From: Amoebidium appalachense
Taxonomy: Eukaryota; Protista; Ichthyosporea
DNA: 64,000 nt
Assembly (NCBI GenBank): GCA_963693365.1
Contig: CAVNZM010000009.1
Span: 9,095,408-9,159,407, forward strand
Direction of reading: 5' to 3'
Below the pieces are notes generated by a model. The model worked only from the letters and a program-made list of their open reading frames with translations. It was not told the origin of the DNA and ran no database searches. Positions within the stretch are counted from its first letter, which is position 1. Each line of letters opens with the position of its first letter. Positions 58,807 to 64,000 of this stretch are shown one piece after another. A program made the position numbers and the translations under genes.

Positions 58807-58898
58807 CTGACCACATGGGCCAGTGTTCCAGTTGTGTTATGCTGGGTGTCGGGTGGCTATCAAAGGAGGGGGGCAGCCTGATTGGTGATGGTGGTGGT

Positions 58899-58932
<34 letters not shown>

Positions 58933-59743
58933 CTATAGCACTGTCAACACGTGCAAGCGCCACACAAGCTGGGCACTGGGAGAGAGGGGGGGGAGGGGGG
59001 GGGTTGCTAAGGAATTTGCATTTATTATTTGTGGAGCGAAGAGAAAAACGTTGGTGTTGTGGCTTTTTGGCTGAGTTTTTTGCTTCCCTCTATGACATGC
59101 AGCGCGGCTTCATGCAAAGGCACTCGGTGAAGGGGTTGAGATTGTGCCCAGGCGGGGCCCACATGCTGCAGCAGCCACCGGGGTGGTGCTGGCTGTGCAG
59201 CCGGAGCGCTGGGGGGGGCATGAAGGTGGGCAAGAAGCATGCAGTGGTGCGGGTGGATCAGGTGCTGTCACCGGCCATGCAGGTGCCCTTTGGCCCCGAC
59301 AAGGGCAAGACCCTGGGTGAGCTGGGCCCGCCGCCCTTTGAGCTGATGGTGCACCTGCAGTGGCTACGGCCCATTCAGCCCCCACCGGACCCAGGTGCCG
59401 AGGTGCCGGTGGTCCCTGACCCAGCCCCTCCCCCTACCAGTCCTCCCCCTGCCGAGCAGCAGCAACCCCTTGCCAGCCCACACGCACCCCCCCAGGACCC
59501 CCAGGCAGCCCCGGGGGGCCTTGAGGCAGCCCCAGGGGGCCCCGAGGCAGCTCCCAGAGGGGGCATGTTGGGCCAGGCACCGCCTGGGGAGGTGGTGTGG
59601 CAGACTGTGCTGAATGACTCCTTCCACTCCATTGCAAACACGGCGGACGGCACTTACATGTCACACCCCCGCAGGGCTGAGTACGCACGCGCACTCAGCG
59701 AGGCAAATTTGTGTGGAATGAAGAGGATTACGGACATGTGAAG

Positions 59744-59774
<31 letters not shown>

Positions 59775-60541
59775 ACAACAACATGCGTGACGCGCACACA
59801 CACATACACTCATTAGCACACACTCACCATTCCACCCACAACTATGCACACCCTCGACAAAACTTAAGAGTCTGAGGGAAGAGAGAGCCCCTGAGCCCGA
59901 GAGAGGGGGGGAGAGGGGGGGGGGGGGGGGGGGAGAGGGGGAGGAGGGGAGGAGGAGAGTGGGGGTTATTCATATGCCTGGAGAGAAATAATGTAGGGTT
60001 GTGGGGGGAAACAGCCACATGCATTTTTTACTTGTGTTGGGGGAGAAGATGGGGAGGGTGGAGGGGAGGGGTCCTACAATAACGGCAGCTATCAAAGCCT
60101 ACCAAACCCAAATCGCAGTGTGCGTAGTAAATTAATATTGGCATCCTGCCTCACAGGGGGTGCTGGAGCAGAAGGGCATCGACATTGAAACCGAGCTCAA
60201 GGGCGGCGACCTGAGCTACCTCATGGAGCGCATCCGGTGGGTCATCCCCGACCCATACACGCTGGTCTCGCGGCTGGTGGAGTTTAAAAAACCTACAAGG
60301 ATGTGCCGCCCGGACCGGATGGCAAGCCTCTGTTCAAGAAGGATGGCTTTGAAAGACACGAGGCAACATCCCCCCCCCCCCCCCCCCCCCCCCCGCAGTT
60401 GCCCAACAACTCCACCACCACAGAAAAGATTCTTCGCTTATTTGTCATCCTTGGTTCATCTGCACACACACACACACCCTAGCCTCCCCCCTCCCCCCCC
60501 CCCCCCCCTCTCCCCCCCCCCCCCCCCCCCTCCCCAAACAT

Positions 60542-60605
<64 letters not shown>

Positions 60606-60706
60606 CCCGCACAGCCCTTGCTACCTAGCCAGTTGTTTTTTGCCTTTCCCTGCTCCCTTTTGCCCTTAGCAACCTCATCCCCCCCCCCCCCCCCCCCCCC
60701 CCCACC

Positions 60707-60749
<43 letters not shown>

Positions 60750-62377
60750 CCACCACCACCACCCACCCATCTCTCTGATGTTTGCTTGTGCCCCCACAGT
60801 CGCTGCTCGAGCCGACCCCCCCGGCCTGCCCCTCTACTACGAGACCACTGCCGACGCAGATGGGCTCATGCGCTACCGCTGCATCCGGGGCACCAACGAG
60901 GTGGAGGGGGCAGTGCACCCCCCTGGCCACCCTGGCCACCGACTTTGAGGCCACACGCATGTCGCTGCGCCTGCTGGACGCCACCATGTCCAATATGCGC
61001 CACCGCCACAATCTGCGTGCACACTACTGCAACCGCCTGGGCCAGGCATCGGGCCCCCCGCACTACAGCCCCTGGATTGTGGGCGACATGGAGGCACTGG
61101 CCCTGATGCTGTACGGCCATCACCTCGACCTTCAGTGGGTACCCGTGGGCTGCTACAAGCTACCGGAGTAGTACTTCAACTTTGCCACCCTCTCCTGTGT
61201 GGCCAATGCCCGGGCGCAGGAGCCAGTTGCGGTGCCCGCACCCCCACCTCCGTCTGATAACAAGAAGCCTGCAGCCAATGGCGTGTTGGGCGGGCCAGAG
61301 GACTGTGAGGTCGAGGAGGGTGACGGTGCTGCCATGGGGGGGGCAACCAGGTGGCGCGTGGTGCACCACAGCCTGACCCTGCACTGAGGGGCGACTACCC
61401 TGGCGCAGAAGCAACCTGTGGCCATCCCCTTCCTTCCGGTGCTTACCCCTCAGGAATGCAAGCTATTCAGCACGCTGCTCCTGGGCACCTACAAGGCACA
61501 TGCAAAGCCCAACGGCCAGCTGTTGGAGGCTTTGGCCCAAGACTTCAACAAGGCTGCCTCTGTGGCTGGGGGCATCTACATGAAGGATGCGGCCTACATC
61601 AAGAAGCATTTCGACAAGTGGAAGACCTGGCAGACGGCACATGCACAGCGCTCTACACACGAGGGCCTGGCAGATCACCGCAAGCGTATGCGCGAGGAGA
61701 GGGCAGACGCTGTGCCAGCAACCATACGGCCTGCCCCCCTGCCACCCCTCCCTGTTCCAGATGGTGTCGATCCAGAGGCGCAGCGTGAGCAGCCCTTGCC
61801 CATGCGTGTGGGCAAGAAGCATCGCGACATTGGGCCTGAGGGGCCCCTGCAGATGGATTTGCCGGTGCCCCCTCCTATGCAGCCACCCCAGAGAGCCCCC
61901 AAGACCTGCAAGACGTGTGGCCGCCAGGGCAAGGGCTGCCCCGGCTCCAATCGGGCCAAGAGCTGCCCACGTTGGGTTGCAGCCAATCAGGATGCCATGC
62001 CACCAGCACCCCCGCTTGACATGCAGCAGGGCCATGTGCTGCACATGCCCCCTGCACCCCATCCAGGCCCGCACCACCCACATGGCTGGCCCCCACCGTG
62101 GGGCATCATGCCACCTCAGCCCGGCCCTGCCTTCCCCATGCCTGGGCTACTGCCGCAGCACGGTCCCCATCCTTACTTGGGCCATGTGGGCCAGTCCTCG
62201 GCTGGTGGGCAGTTCCCACCCCCTTCTCGTGCATCTGCTGTGCTGGGCCTGCCGTTGCCACCTGCTGGAGAGATGCAGCTGCAATGGGACGATCGAAAGC
62301 AAAGTAATCGTGGCCGCAAGTCTGGAGGCAGCCAATCAGGATCTCAGAGTTGTCAGAGTAGCCAAACTAGTGTCTAA
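54619..62377 (+). pseudogene. Decayed DNA-transposon gene: DUF6729-like Zn domain, DDE-type transposase core with inserted WRN-like 3'-5' exonuclease, C-terminal CxxC..CPG..C knuckle
   Basis: Exons ~54619-55761, 56755-56943, 57849-58680, 59104-59743, 60158-60362, 60800-62377. Motifs: RPKGTRQRPGHKTGGAR*GAGRK; CPFDDHC..GFMSNPVGRRVIDLDSCYYIITARYFCDTC; FPAYLSHRSGLD; KADHTF; VNELGEIR; FYTDRCCQDRAF; VVGLDCEW/KVGRQIGTD/YAALDA; NDSFH; DPPGLPLY..DGLMRYRCIRGTNEVEG; HYSPW; KTCKTC..CPG..C. Contains in-frame stops and several frameshifts; the start and element termini were not found. Confidence 0.85.
57455..57763. repeat. G-rich minisatellite (~42-75 bp unit, ~6 copies) in a transposase intron
   Basis: TGTGGGCACATGGGTTTGGGGGG...GGAAAGGATTG recurs at ~57457, 57534, 57601, 57666, 57710, 57751. 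Confidence 0.85.
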
Positions 62378-62794
62378 TATTGGAATGTACACCAATGTAA
62401 CGGATCTCATATGTGTTGTAGCGCTTCACGTTATACCTGTTCTTCGTACAGTCATGTTTGGGGGGGGGAGGGGGGGGGGGGGGGGGGGGGGGGCTAGCTT
62501 TCATTCCGTAGTTTAGTGTTAAGAATTAAAATTTAAAATATAAGTAATAGTACAGAGCAGTTGCACTTTTCTCTGTTTGTTAGTAATTCTTTGTGATCGA
62601 GAGTATGGTGTGTTAGACTACTGGTGTTAATGTGTCCTGGAAGGTGTATAATGTCTGCTGGCCGCAGTCAGTATTTATTTTTAGGTAATATATATTTATA
62701 AATGTTGGCCGCTGGCCAATAAATAGCAAGTAATAAACACACGGTAAAGTCAACAGTGTGCCAAAAAACTAATCCCCAGCGAGCACACCCAGTG

Positions 62795-62838
<44 letters not shown>

Positions 62839-62912
62839 GTGCGTGCGTGCGTGCATGTGTGTGCACGTGTGCGTGTGCGTGTGCGTGCGTGTGTGCGTGC
62901 GTGTGTGTGTGC

Positions 62913-62965
<53 letters not shown>

Positions 62966-63825
62966 GTGTGGTGTGTGCGCGGCTTGTACATATGTACGTG
63001 TTCATGTGCACCTGTGTCGGACCGAGGAAGTACATGAAAATAAATTTTAACAGTATCTGCCGGTGTGTATGTGTATGTGTGCCAGTGCAGCAGGTGTGCC
63101 TTGTAACTGATAGCTTTGCAATAGCTTTTTAACGTGTGTGTGTATATAGTAGTACACGGCAGACACTTGCTGATCATTTGGATCGACATTAATATTTAAT
63201 CTGTCGGTCCTCGGTTTTTTGAGTGAATGATGATCAAGTGTAAGAGCATTCACTTGGCAAGTATTAAATGTTGCAGAGACTAGCTGCAGCTGCAAGCGTC
63301 GGATGCACACTGACAATTGTCTTTTCAGCGAGTCTAACCTGCAGGCTGCAGCTGCACACATATAGGGTTGTTATCTTACGGCACATGCACGGTGATCGCT
63401 TCAGAGTAATAGAGTTCAGAGCAATGAAAATAATGAAAATAACTAAACTTTGTGACTACTTTTTAGAGTTGCTGAGATCATACGTGGTGCAAGCTGCACT
63501 GTGAACACATGTACAGTGCTAGTAATTAAAAAAACAATTGTTGCCTTCGGCAGGGTTACCGTGGCTACGTCACGGCCTGCACTCAGGGGGAGGGGGGCGG
63601 GGGGGGGATGATTCGAAGGGGGTTATAAATAAGAACATGCACCTAAAGGTCTTTCCCGTGGATCCTCCCCCCCCTCCCCCCCCCCCCCCCCTCCCACCTC
63701 TCCCCCTCCCCCGGGGCCCCATACTATGATATCTAGGCCCAATACTATATGCCCCTTCCCCCCCCCCCTCTCCGGATCCCCGGACCCCACTTCCCCACCC
63801 GGAGGCTCGAGAGCCTCCCCCCCCT

Positions 63826-63863
<38 letters not shown>

Positions 63864-63899
63864 AGGCTTACGGGGGCCCTTCTTCATTGAGGAGAAGGG

Positions 63900-63933
<34 letters not shown>

Positions 63934-64000
63934 AGGCGGGGGTGGATGCATGTCAGCCTAGATGAATTCAATTGTTTATCTCCAGTCATACAGGACTGGT

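Noticed and set aside
61463-62516. Long overlapping ORFs (309 aa plus, 206 aa minus)
   Set aside because: Shadow frames of the GC-rich last exon of the transposase gene.
54545-62793. TIRs of the exonuclease-transposase element (CACTGG..TGGGTATGTTTGC versus GCGAGCACACCCAGTG)
   Set aside because: Only partial, gapped similarity and no TSD.
63550-63900. MITE at the window end
   Set aside because: GC-rich and MITE-like, but no matching TIR pair or TSD was found within the window.

Overview
Eukaryotic, intron-rich DNA saturated with poly(G)/poly(C) tracts and (CA)/(TG), (GA) and (TA) microsatellites, so most ORF-track entries are repeat artefacts. The gene content and repeat style suggest a unicellular holozoan such as an ichthyosporean (inference only). 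By manual splice reconstruction I find three host genes: a 14-exon ARHGAP6/36-like RhoGAP (minus, 2434-15450), a BFR1-like coiled-coil protein (minus, 24360-33723) and a CIP2A homologue (plus, 35835-53698). BFR1-like and CIP2A are head-to-head, with an 840-bp hAT-type MITE (8-bp TSD) between them. The most notable items are two. First, a decayed, intron-containing DDE-type transposase gene (~54.6-62.4 kb) carrying a DUF6729-like Zn domain and a complete WRN-type DEDDy 3'-5' exonuclease inserted inside its catalytic core. Second, a family of recently active, 5'-truncated elements whose shared end is anchored on G/C homopolymer tracts and which carry a covarying RNA stem. All family assignments come from motif recognition, not database searches.
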